Source: Camelus ferus (Eukaryota). Taken from it: DNA of 64,000 nucleotides. The translations under genes and the position numbers were made by a program. Positions 13,125 to 24,450 of this stretch are shown piece by piece; position 1 is the first letter of the stretch, and the number at the start of each line of letters is the position of its first letter. The notes under the pieces were generated by a model. That model made no database searches. It saw nothing but the letters and a program-made list of their open reading frames with translations, and was not told the DNA's origin. The DNA is taken from assembly GCF_009834535.1 (NCBI RefSeq), contig NC_045697.1, positions 87,422,001-87,486,000 of the forward strand. Reading direction: 5' to 3'.

Positions 13125-13740
13125 TCATCCTTTCTGGATGTGATACCTTGAGAAGGACATAACATCTCTTACCTATAATTCCTGCCAGGAATGCATAATC
13201 TGAGTTGAATCACGAGGAAACATCAGACAACTCTAAATGTTTTAGTAGAATGAGAACCATTCTACTAAAAAAACAGAGAATGAATTCTTCAAAAATGTCA
13301 GTGTCATAAAAGACAAAGAAAGGCTAAAGGAATTTTCAAAATCAAATGACACTAAAGGAACATGACAACTAAATACAACATCTGACCTTAGACTAGATTC
13401 AGTTCTGAAGGAAAAAAAGGTTATAAAAGACATTTTGGGAGCAAGTGACAAATTTGGACTACAGATGTTTGATTAGCTAGTATTGCATCAATGTTAAATT
13501 TACTAAAGTTATAGACACAGTACAATTACAGATAACTGTACTGTGGTTGTGTAAGAGAATGTCCTTCTTAGGAAACACAGCCTGAAGCATCTAGAGTAAA
13601 GGGTCATGATGTATGAAACTTAGTATCAAATGGTTCAGAATGATAAAGAAAATGGGGCAAAATGTTGACAACAGGAGAATCTGGGTAAAAGGCATGTGGT
13701 GCTCTTTGTACTGTTAAAGATTCAAATACATTTGAAAATA
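13125..13740 (+). mobile_element. L1MC-like 3' UTR fragment
   Basis: 'aatcacgaggaaacatcagacaa', 'aaaggaacatgacaactaaatacaa', 'ggagaatctgggtaaaaggcat'. Confidence 0.8.
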
Positions 13741-13877
13741 TATCTTATGCATTCTATAAGAGCATCTTGTAATTAATGATGAAAGGGCCCTGGAATGGGA
13801 AAACATTGTTGGCTTTGCCTGTGTGACTTAATTTTTTTACACGATGCGATGGGAAGACTTTATGACATGGTCTCTTC

Positions 13878-14040
13878 TAAAGCTTCCTACACAAAATGTG
13901 GTCTACAGATTAGCAGTGTAAGCATCACTTGGGATTTTTTTTTTTTTGAGAAATGCAGACTCTCAGGCCCCAGCCCAGATGTATTAAATAGGAATCTGTG
14001 GTTTAACAAGAGCCTCAGGTCTCCCGTGTGCACATGAAGG
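13878..14040 (+). mobile_element. MER5A-like hAT-Charlie MITE
   Basis: 'agcatcacttggga...agaaatgcagactctcaggccccagcccaga...tttaacaag'. Confidence 0.85.
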
Positions 14041-14339
14041 ACGTTCGTCCTTAGTTCCTGAAGACCTGCACTGCTGTCAGCTGTCTCATTACTAGGACCA
14101 CTTTGGGAAGAATAAAATTAATGGCTATTGTATCTCCTTCATAGAACCTCTCTTTTTACTGATTGTTTACTATCATTTTTTGCCCTTTCTAAGACTTCTC
14201 AGTCTTTTTCATTCTTCTTTTTTTCCTCATAAATTATTTTTATTGCTCATCCTAATCTTGATGATTTTTTTTTTCCCTAGACACAATTGTCCTGAATGTT
14301 TTTTCATTACCTACCCACATAATGACTCATTAGTTCTTT

Positions 14340-15750
14340 TCCATTGTGGTCAGAAAATAATCTCTGTAAGATTTAAACCCTTTGAAACTCACTGAATTCT
14401 GTGTTATGGCTCAGCATATGATCTGTCTGGGTGACCATTCTGTATGCTCTGGAAAACAAAGTGTATTCAGCAGTTGTTGGGTGTAGTGTTCAGTAAATGT
14501 TAATTAGATTAATTTGATCAATTGCATTATTTAGATTATCTAGATCCACTATGATTTTGCTTATACTTATTGTATTATTTAGACTATCTAGATCTATCAT
14601 GATTTTGCTTATACTTGTTCTATCAAGTATACTGAAAGAGGACTATTAAATCTCTAATTTTGTGGATTGGTCTGTTTGTCCCTTTGAGTCTGTCAGTTTT
14701 TGCTTCATGAATTTGATGTTCTGCTACTAGGCACATACATATTTAGAATTGTTATGTCTTTTTGACAAACCTCCTTTATTATTACAGAATGTCCTACTTT
14801 GTTTCTTATAATACTTTTTCTTGAAGTTTACTGCATCTGATATTAATATAGCCACTCTAGCTTTCTTAATTCACTATTTGAAAGATTTTTAATAGACTTT
14901 GATGTCCAAGGTATCTATTTCTTTATATTTAATATGTGTATATTTGGATTTTGCATTTTTATCTAGGCTGACAATGTTTGTTTTTAAACTAGAATGTCAC
15001 ATACATTAAATATGATTATTGACAGAGTTGTAAAGACTCTGGATTCTGTTATCTTCCTGTAAGGAATGTTAATTCTTGTGTTTGTAGTCAGTTCAGTTTT
15101 GGTCAATTACCTTGAATTTGTATCTTTGGAAAGCTTAAAATATATCTGAAGCTCTTCTAATTTGGTGAAACTTAATCTCTAAGCTCTGTCTTCCCTAAAG
15201 ATCTTGCCTGGGCTAGATTTTAGGTTGATTAGAGCAGGTTTATGGCAGGTCTTATTAAGACATGGACTTCCATAGTCTCAGATGAATTCCAAGGGTGTTA
15301 ATGGGGTGTTAATTAGATCTCTTGATCTGGCAGGTCTGGGGCTTTAACGTCCTCCATCAATTTTCAACATCTAGTATCTCTGTTCTCTTCTCAGCTTTTA
15401 GCAGCTACTATCTGGAGCCTTGAGTGAGATCACTCGCTCATCCCATGTATAGAGTTCTTGGGCCCTTATTCTGCACAGCTTCCTCCTGTTCAGTCACCTT
15501 GTCTTGAAAATTCCAGCCATTCCAGCTGCCCCAAATCTCTGAGCTCTGCCTGCCCAGCTTAGCCAAAATACCATGCCCAACTTGGACTCCCCTTCTCTTC
15601 ACCTTGGTGAGGAAATTTCTAATATTTCCTCAGGGATTACTGTCTTGTACTGCCTGTTAACCACTTCCTGGAAACATTTATTTTGTTCAATTTTACAATT
15701 GTTTTGGAGAGAGGAAGGGTTATTTTGGTTCTAGTTACTCCATTGTGGCT
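14340..15750 (-). mobile_element. Old L1 fragment
   Basis: T-rich antisense L1 phrases ('tctgatattaatatagccactctagctttct', 'ttttgcttcatgaattt'). Confidence 0.75.
14521..14616. repeat. Tandem duplication, 2 x 48 bp, inside the L1
   Basis: attgcattatttagattatctagatccactatgattttgcttatactt followed by attgtattatttagactatctagatctatcatgattttgcttatactt. Confidence 0.9.
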
Positions 15751-16639
15751 GAAAGCCCCTATAGTTTTTATAATGAGCAGAAGAGAGAAACTCCTTACCT
15801 TGATGATTATTTAAGGATGAGTGGCCAAAAAATGGCAGAACTTTGTCCATTAAAGCTCATGTTTGATGTCTAGAATTTAATGATTATAAGATAATAGAAA
15901 TAATAGATTCCTGTTATTAAAATGTGTACTCCATTTAGGATTTGAACTTTTCAAAATTATTTGTAAGTATGTTCTATCTAGGTTATTTTTGCTGGTGCCC
16001 TCATTGCCTTAGAAATATTATTTAACAAAGAAAAAGTAAATAAATATTTTAAATTAGTCATGAGCATTTCAATTTACTGATACCAAGGAAAAATACCACA
16101 CTTTTATGAACTCTCAGAGAGTACTGTTAGAGGATAAAGCAAGGGCTAGCAATTTGCATGTGTTTTCCTTGAGATGCCATCAATGCTTCTATGAAGGCTA
16201 AGTCCAGTCTTTTTTGAATAAAAGAGTGCTGTAATTGAACATATATATTGCCTATGTTTGCAGTTGGGTAAGATACAGGACTTCTGATGCCAAAGACTTA
16301 AGACCCTCTCATCAAATTATTTTTCCATTGTTTCAGGGAAAATTTGTAGCCTCACTGTGAAAATGGGTTTGTTTAAGAAGCCAGTTTTCCCCTCCCCTGC
16401 TTCCAGGATTTTCATATTTCTAAGGAGAACTGAAAAACCTGTTGTGAGTAACTGGTATGGACCTAGTGGGAAGAGCTCTGAATCTTAATAAATTACTGTC
16501 TAATTTTGATTTCCGGCAACTAGTTTGAATTAAGACGACTGTCTAAGAGCCTCTGCAGAGTCAGGTAAGTAGAGGACTCTTTAGAAGGCTTGCTTTTATG
16601 TAAGTTTTTTTTAGGGTAAACCAGGTGTTGTGAATGGGT

Positions 16640-17030
16640 TCATTAAAAAAGTCTTTAGGCTCACTGGTAGTAAAGAATATGCATATTAAAACAACAATGG
16701 GAGACTATTTCCCTGCTAAACACGAGGACAGAGAAGTTTTACACACTAGCCTCAGAGCAACTGAAGGTGAAGTAGGTAGCTCTGGTTGGAGTGTAAATTG
16801 GTACATATTTTCTAGAGGGCAACAGACAAAAAAGAGTTTCAAAAATGTTTATGTTCAAGGACGTTCATCATACAATTGTTTATAGTAAAGAAAAATCTGA
16901 AACAACCAAATAATGAGGGGCTATTATATTTTCAGAGAATATTAAATAACATAAGGAAATGTTTTTGACACAACACTGAATAAGAAAAAAGTAGGATCTC
17001 AAAATTGTTTAGCATTAGAATTTTGATAAA
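16640..17030 (+). mobile_element. L1ME-like 3' fragment
   Basis: 'ctcactggtagtaaagaatatgcatattaaaacaacaatg', 'ggttggagtgtaaattggtaca'. Confidence 0.7.
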
Positions 17031-17114
17031 AATTCAAAGTGACATTTTAGAATATTACATCATATATAGCTATTCATAAACATGTGCAATACAGATCTAT
17101 AGATAGATATTTTT

Positions 17115-17460
17115 TAATCATAGAATATAAAAAGGATTTATTTGTTTAGCAAGGAATGCTCCAAAATATCCAGGACAAATAATTATCCATTTGAAAATCT
17201 CCAGGGATGGAAATTCCACAAATATTCGTAGTGTTTTTTAACTCTGATGGTCAAGAATTTTTTTTTCTTAAGTTTAACTGAAATCTCTCTGATTTAATTT
17301 AAAACCACATCTTCTTGTTCTGGTCTTCAAAACTGTAAGAACATTTTTCTTATGCTTTATACACTAATAAAACCACATGAGACATCTCCTTTATCAGATT
17401 AAATATCTTTATTATACTATTTTCCTCATTATTTAGCATTTTACCATTTTGTAAATGTCC
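17115..17460 (-). mobile_element. CR1/L3 LINE fragment
   Basis: 'ttgaaaatctccagggatggaaattccaca...aagaattttttttcttaagtttaactgaaatctctct' resembles L3 antisense. Confidence 0.6.
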
Positions 17461-17724
17461 CTTTCTCCCTCGAATCTGCTTCAATCCTGCAGATTCACCG
17501 GTAGCCTGTACCTTAAGAAGGATTAGAAACCTGCGGTAAAGAGTGATTTGTATACTTGTCTTGAACCCCTATCCCTTCTTACTCCTTCATATTTATTTCC
17601 TGCCTTTGCTGGGACATCAAAGACTTTAAGGGGATCCCAGGAATAGTTGCAGTAATAACAGTTTGGTTTCCTTTAAATTTCTTGTTTATCTTGGATAATT
17701 TAACTGTCTGCGGGTGCAAAGGGA

Positions 17725-17950
17725 TGGATTTATATTTGCTGGAAACATGCTACGTGGCAGCACTGTGCAAGGTGCTTTATGTGTATCACCTGGAACAATT
17801 CTACAACACCCCTGCCAGTAGGGAACATTGTTCCTATGTGAAGAAAAGGATATTGAGACTTACATGGCTTAGGTAATTTGCCAGTGAAACCACGAGTCTA
17901 CATCAGACTGGATTTGATCTCAGGTCTCTCTGAGTTCTTGCTGCTACACA
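17725..17950 (-). mobile_element. MIR
   Basis: 'tacgtggcagcactgtgcaaggtgctttat...caattctacaacacccctg'. Confidence 0.7.
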
Positions 17951-18989
17951 ATGTACTTTTGTTATTTTAAAAAATAAGAGCTCAACTGGTTCTTTCTTAG
18001 TTTGATCTGGCATATTAAAATTAGCATTTTTAGTATGTCATTAAAGCTTTCAATTAGACAGAATTTATTTTTTGTGGCTTGGTTTACAATGAGTTTAAAC
18101 TCTCAAAACAATGATAGTTTCCACTTTATTTTGCCATACGTCTGTCCTGGTGGCTACAGAGAACCCTCATGTTCACACAGTTACCTACAGCCACCCTCCG
18201 TGGCAAATGGCAAACTATGGACCAACTTGGAGAATTTGAAATATGATTTCTAGAACAGCCTGGCTGTGGATCCATCAGGAAAGTCCCGGTGAAATTCAAG
18301 GTCAGGGACATCACAGATACCAGAGCTATAGAGGTCTCCAAATTGTTCAGAAGGGGCCAAAGTGGTGAGGATGGCAATGAACAATGGGGTCCCTCCCAGG
18401 CCACAGCGCCTCCTCCTTCCCTATCTTTAATAAAGGGGGGAGGGCGGGGACACTAAAGCTGCAGAAAAGCTACTTTAAAAATTATTTTATAAAACTTGTC
18501 ATTATGACTGAATCAGGTCCAGAAAAGCATACATAGTAATACAATATTTGTTGGCATCTAGCATTCTGCTTAAGAAATAGAGCAATACAAATACAATTGA
18601 AACCCTTTCTATAGCCACCCCAATCCTATCTCCATCTTCCCTCTTTCCCCAAGGGTTATATGTGTTTGAGATTTATGCATGTTAATAATGAGAGCTTTAA
18701 TTCATTCACTTTCCACTGATGTATAGTATCCCACAATATGAATACAGTGTAATTTACTCACTTTCAAATTGATGGATGTTTAGGAGACATGGGTAAGATT
18801 GGTGGGGGAATATGTGATTGATGTGAGTTATTTTCTAGGCTTATTTTTGTTTTGGGAGATGGATTCAACAGATGTTTATTACATTACTAAAAATAAGTAA
18901 ATAATTAAATATAAGCTGAACATGGGTCATGAACCAAGGATCACGATTAATCCAATTAAGATACACCAGATTATGAATAAAAATCACAA

Positions 18990-19379
18990 CTATTAGTTTG
19001 CTAGGGCTGCCATACAAAGCACCAAAGACTGGGTGGCTTAAACAACAGAAGTGTATTTTCTCACAATTGTGGAGGCTAGAAGTTCAAGACGAAGGTGTTG
19101 GCAGGGCTGGTTTCTTCTGTGCTTCTCTCCTTGGCTTGTAGATGGCTGTCTTCTCTTTCCTGTTTCCTCCCATAGTCTTCCCTCTGTGTGCGTGTCTGAT
19201 TCCTAATCTCTTTCTCTTATAAGAATCCAGTCATACAGGATTAGGGCCCACACTAATGACCTCATTTTAAGTTAATTACCTCTTTAAAGACCCTATCTCC
19301 AAATATAGTCACATTCTGAGGTACTGGGAGTTAGGACTTCAACATACGTATTTGGGGGCATGTAATTCAGCCCCTAACA
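18990..19379 (-). mobile_element. MLT1A/B-like MaLR solo LTR
   Basis: Full-length match: 'tattagtttgctagggctgccata...ggcttaaacaacagaa...acattctgaggtactgggagttaggacttcaacata...aattcagcccctaaca'. Confidence 0.9.
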
Positions 19380-19599
19380 ACTGTTACAGACAATGCTTCA
19401 AAGACATTCCAGTAAAGCTTTCCTTGTACAAGTAAGTGCAAGTTTCCCTGGGGAATCCACTTAAGTATGGAAGGGCTAGGTCACCGAACAGAGTGCTGTT
19501 AAGTGAATGATGATGATGCTTGCAGTGTGAAAATCTAAAAACACAGCAGTAATAGTAGCTAGTATTTTTCAAGTGACAATAACTACAGTATACGAAATT

Positions 19600-19785
19600 T
19601 TATTTAATTTTTACAACATCTATTTGAGGTAGGTATTATCATTATTCCCATTTTCCCGAGAAGGAAACTGAGGCTTAAGGAAATGAAGTCATCTTTCTAA
19701 GGGTCCAGAGGAGCCAGTGATAAAGCTGGGATTCTAACCCAGGTCTGTGTGATTCCAAAGCCTGTGCTTTTGTACACTGTAGCTC
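19600..19785 (-). mobile_element. MIR
   Basis: 'gaggtaggtattatcattattcccatttt...ggaaactgaggcttaagg...gggattctaacccaggtctgtgtgattccaaagcc'. Confidence 0.85.
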
Positions 19786-19794
19786 CATTTGGGG

Positions 19795-19796
<2 letters not shown>

Positions 19797-19827
<31 letters not shown>
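19797..19827. repeat. (AC)n microsatellite
   Basis: Perfect AC run. Confidence 0.95.
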
Positions 19828-19830
<3 letters not shown>

Positions 19831-20029
19831 CCTCTGTGCAGTGTTGCTCCGCAGCAGAGTTAGCCCCTAGATCAAAAATCCCTTTAGTAAGCTGTACTAG
19901 ATGTGGCTTGAATGACAAGCGCTGTGAGAACAGCCCAGGAAAAGAAAGGAGGTACCAATCCCCTGAAAAACAACTCCCAGAAAGGCACATCTGTGTTGAT
20001 TTACAAAAATAGAAAAGCGTAGAAACCTT

Positions 20030-20520
20030 GTAGCTGGGAGGCCCCGGCCGGAGGGGCAGCGGCTCGACATCCTGTGACGCCAAGAAGTGGTGGCGGAAGT
20101 CGCTGCGAACAATGGCCACAGATGCCAGCCGAGCAGGGAGCCCTGCGGGGGAAGGCGTGTGTGTCACCCAGCAGCTGCGGGCCGGGCGCAGGAAGGAAGT
20201 GCGGGACCCGCGGGGTTGCCATGAGCACCCTGCGCCTCGGGAAAGGCAGGGGGCTCTGGCACAAGCAGGCGCGCGGCACAGGTGCTTTATGGCCTTTGTT
20301 GTTATTCCCTTCACGTGGCCCGGTTCCCGCAGACACACAAGTCAGAAACAGTAGCCTCTTTGAAAGAGGAGATAAGAGTTAGATTAATAAGCCCTCCGTT
20401 AGCATCCCACGGCGGGGGTGTCCGCCCTGTTCATGTCATTAACCCAACCTTTAAATAACACTTGGGCAGATAGCCCCGGACAACACTGGGGGGGGGGGGG
20501 GGGGGTTGGAGGAGGGCGGT
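20030..20520. promoter_or_regulatory. CpG-rich element (small CpG island; enhancer or promoter)
   Basis: Retained CpGs; ETS site GGCGGAAGT 20092-20100; E-box CACGTG 20312-20317; SOX-like AACAATGG; G18 run 20488-20505. Confidence 0.65.
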
Positions 20521-21512
20521 GTGCTGTTCTTTTCGACTTTCATGGCAGGAAAAAGCAAAAGATGCTGGTCTCATCACACTAAAACAAGCTGTAAAGGGAA
20601 ATTAGGACTTCACTTGAAGCACAAACAAAAGTGATTTTCAGTAAATGAAGATCCAGTTCTTAGGATGCAGAGACGAATTACCCAAGGTCAAGTGATTTGA
20701 AAAGAATCAAATCTCTCTCTCTCTCTCTTTTTTCCCCCCTCTCACTCCTTCCATCTCTTCAGCCCAATTGGAATTTCTTCCCTTGAAAATTCTAAAGGAC
20801 CATAGAGTTAGGGGTGGGAACGGTTAGATCTTTGAAGTCATCTTTCTGCTGCTGAGATATTCCTGTGGAACAGTCTGTACCGCTTTGCCTGGCGTGGCTT
20901 TGAACAATGTGTCTTTTATCAGATGAACTGTTGTGGAGACGGAGGCCTCGGTTTCTGTCCAGAACAGGTATGGCCCAGGCGGGAACGAGGGAGAGGCACA
21001 CCTCCGCGCACCAGGCAGGCCCGGCCCGCTGGCGGGCACTCAGAAGGGCAAGAGGGGAGCCAGGACTCCACTTTGATGTGGTTGTGTGTTTGTGTGCTGG
21101 GGGCAGGGCGGGGGAGTAAATACCAGGGAGAGTTTTGCAATGCATGCCTATCAGCTGAGCGCTGGACAAACATTTTTACCAGCGGCTGTTTCCCCGAGGC
21201 TGCTGACAGTTTGGGCCACTTGTGTTAGACATTCCTGAAAGAGAGGAGCATTTGTTCAACTTATATAACTTCTTTTTACATCATAAGACTAAAGCAGTCC
21301 TTCCGGGCTTATGTCCTGTTGAACGGCGTCCAATTGAAACTTCTTTCCTTTCCACACTCAGAAACCCGACGACCTGTTTCAATTCCGCCTGATAGCATAG
21401 CTTACTGTTTGCCCGCGGTCCTTCTCTGGCCCTCCTAGACAGCCAGGTTTCCTCCTGACATTCCTTCTTCCTCTTGTAAGTCTAGCTGGATTTTTTTTTT
21501 TTTTTTTAAGGC

Positions 21513-21645
21513 GGGGAGGGTATAGCTCAGTGGTAGAGTGCGTGCTTAGCTTGCACGAGGTCCTGCATTCAATCCCTAGTACCTCCATTTAAAAATACAT
21601 CAATCAATCAATCAACCTACTTACCCTCTTTCCCCCTCAAAAAAA
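21513..21645 (+). mobile_element. Camelid vic-1-type SINE, long form
   Basis: GGGGAGGGTATAGCTCAGTGGTAGAGTGCGTGCTTAGC...TTCAATCCCTAGTACCTCC, then (CAAT)n, CCTACTTACCC and an A tail. Confidence 0.92.
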
Positions 21646-22209
21646 TCCAAAGAAATTCTTTGAAAAGAAGCCAAATCTTATGATTGAACAATTTCTACAA
21701 TGTGTTCTTAAATTGGGTGTGTGTGTGTAAAATGAATGTATTTTTTGTGCATGTAAAATGTATGTATTTTTAAAACGTTGGGGATACTGTGTGATTCTGG
21801 AATTGCAAGGTAGGAGTTTAGCTAATGGAGTTGGGGGATATCAGGGTGTGTGCGTGGCTGGGGTTGCCTGCTCAGGAATGTGGAGATGTGCATTCACACA
21901 CTTCCTGCCCCCCAGTAAAGGAGTTTAATAAAGCACATGCAGCTTCTTATATTTGCTATAGCTTTTTATTTTTCCCTGCCCATTTCTTTTTTGACAAAAA
22001 TGCTGATCAGTTATGCTTTGGTTTGTCTTTCTTCAAAGGTTTTCAGTACAAATTGGTTTCAGGCATTATGACTGAATACAAGCATCTAATAATCATTACT
22101 GTACCCTGATGCTTCCCAATACTGCTAACCCTGTGGCCTCGCAAGAGGTCCCGTTCACCCAAGCAAGCTTGGTGGGTGATGGAGGGACTTCGCTCTCTTT
22201 CGTTTAGGG

Positions 22210-22600
22210 GTATACAGTTCAGAGTGCACCTTCACACAGGTGTTCTCACTTTCCTTGCACAGCAGCCGTGAGTAAGCAGCACAGGTGTTACTAGATTCAT
22301 CTGACAGATGAGGCCGCAGGGCTCAGGGAGGCCAAGGGCTTCTGTCCAAGTTACAGTTGGGAAGTTGCAGAGCCAGGCTCCTTTCTCTAAAAGCACTTAT
22401 GGCTCAATCAGCATGGGTTTCCACTAGTATCATGGTTGTTACCATGTGCCAGTCACTGTACCTGGTGCTTCATGAATGTTATTCCAGTTACTTCTCACTA
22501 CGACTGAAGAGTTGGCACTGGTGATGGCAGAAGAGGAACCCGAGGATCATGTCATCCGGACAGTCTTCTCATTTGGAATCAGGTCACCGGATGCACCTCG
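22210..22600 (-). mobile_element. Two MIR fragments
   Basis: 'tgacagatgaggccgcagggctcagggaggccaag' and 'taccatgtgccagtcactgtacctggtgctt'. Confidence 0.6.
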
Positions 22601-24259
22601 GGTGCTCTTTAAACTCTAGCCCTCTCAGTAACATGACCCTGTGTCTCACTCTGTGCTCTATCGCTTTCCCCTTCCCGTCGCCTGCTGGAGCTGGGCTGGG
22701 CCCTGCTTTGGGATGTCGAAGAGGGAAGAAAGTCATGGGCATGACACGTCAGTGGAGGAGGTCTGGCTGTCCCCGAGATGTTCGGGGAGAGGGGGGCTTT
22801 GAAATGTACACACGCGAAACCAAGCACGGGGGACACCAGGGCCATCTGGGACGAGAAGTGAGGAAAATGTGAGCCATCTATGGGCAGGACTGCAGCTCCC
22901 AAAGTGAAGAGGCCACTGGGAACTCCCAGAAAATCGGGGTCTCAGTCCCGCATTGCTCTGTGTTTGTAACACCCTGGTGCTCTCGACACCCTGCCATAAA
23001 TCCTCAAAGGGAATGGCTACTCTGCTCTTAACTTGGGACAATTGGAAGAAAAAATTGTTATTATTTTTTCAATATTGTTGCAATGGCTGTACCCTCGGCA
23101 TTATCTGTGAGCAATCTTGTGGATTTGGCAGACATCAGGACCAACTTGGATTGGGAAATGCCAGACGGGGAAAATTTGAGTAAAAATTTTCAGGAAGAGA
23201 AAATGTTCCTGAGAGTTAAAATTGATCACTTTAATATGTGTGGCTTATATTCTTAAGCTCAAATTTGAATTTCCAGGTGTGGCCCCTTATAACATTCATA
23301 TAAAAATTACCACTATTTTTGAAAAATTTCTATTTCAAATGATACTGGGTTTTTAGTATTATTCCAAAGTAAGGAATGTGATATATCAGAGCTACTACTG
23401 GCTCTTACATGTCTCAGTGCTTGCATTCATAAAAACACCCTGCTAAAAGGTGTGGCTTCATTTCAAGTTATTGGAGATGCCTAACAAAACGATCATCATG
23501 AATTAAAATGCATTATTATTGACATACTGAATGTTTAGAAGCAGAACCAGCTTGATATCTTAAAGACTAACTGACTGAATATCAGTTGTCTCATGCGAAA
23601 ATAAAATCTTTTATCTACCTGTTTGGTTTCTCTTTACACAAAAGGGAAGTTAATCTAGAATCAGATGGAATGTTCCAGAGACGGACACTGTTCATGTGAG
23701 TGTGGTCATTTGTGGGGGCAGGGTTTGGCCAGGAAAATAGTAGTCGCTCTCTGTGTTCCAGATATAAAGAGGTTAATTGAGGATTAGGAACTTATACAAC
23801 TTTTGGAAAAGCTGGGGGTGGGGGTGGTGAGGTGGGGTGCACCGGTGCAGAGCTTTGTAAAGCTGCCCTTGAAGGTCAGAGGAGTTGACTCTGAAGCCCA
23901 CTGGAGTAGTTTCCAAAAGCTTGTCTGCAAGCTGCAGTACTTCTTGAGAACTTCTGAGAAGCTCTCACTGTCTCAGTCTGCTGGGCCGAGTGGGAGGTTC
24001 TCAAAGACCTGCCTGTGCTTTTGTGTGCAAATGCTTCCGAAGGCTCAGAGAACTGGCTTCACCTTGCACATCTATCCCGAGTCCTCTCCAAAACTCTCCA
24101 CGAAGATTCCGGGGCTGTTCCTAGGCTTAGAAGGGGTCGGTGGTGGCACTGGATTGGCAGTAGCCAATCTAGCATATGGCCTACTTCTCTAAACTCTTGC
24201 AGAAAAAAAAAATCAATATAATCACAGAACAAAAATAGACCCTGGCATGAGTTCCTTCC

Positions 24260-24450
24260 TTCCTTCATTCATTCAATGAAATATGCCTCGAGTAGTCAGG
24301 CTATGTGCTGTGTGCTATGTGCTTGGAATGCTATTGTACAGAGACAGACTAATGCCTGCTTATTCTAGTCGGGAAGACTATTAACATGCAAATAACCCCA
24401 CCAAAAATAACGATAGCTTTTGATGGTAGGAAGGACATAGGGGCTGTGGT
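24260..24450 (-). mobile_element. L2 3' end
   Basis: 'ttcattcattcaatgaaatatgcctcgagt...ctatgtgctgtgtgctatgtgctt'. Confidence 0.7.

Noticed and set aside
14521..14616. Direct repeats as a CRISPR-like array
   Set aside because: Two adjacent copies with no spacer, inside an L1, in a mammalian genome
19697..20338. 213-aa ORF, the longest in the track
   Set aside because: It runs through a GC-rich element, a (CA)n repeat and a MIR, has no recognisable domain, and long ORFs are expected by chance in GC-rich DNA
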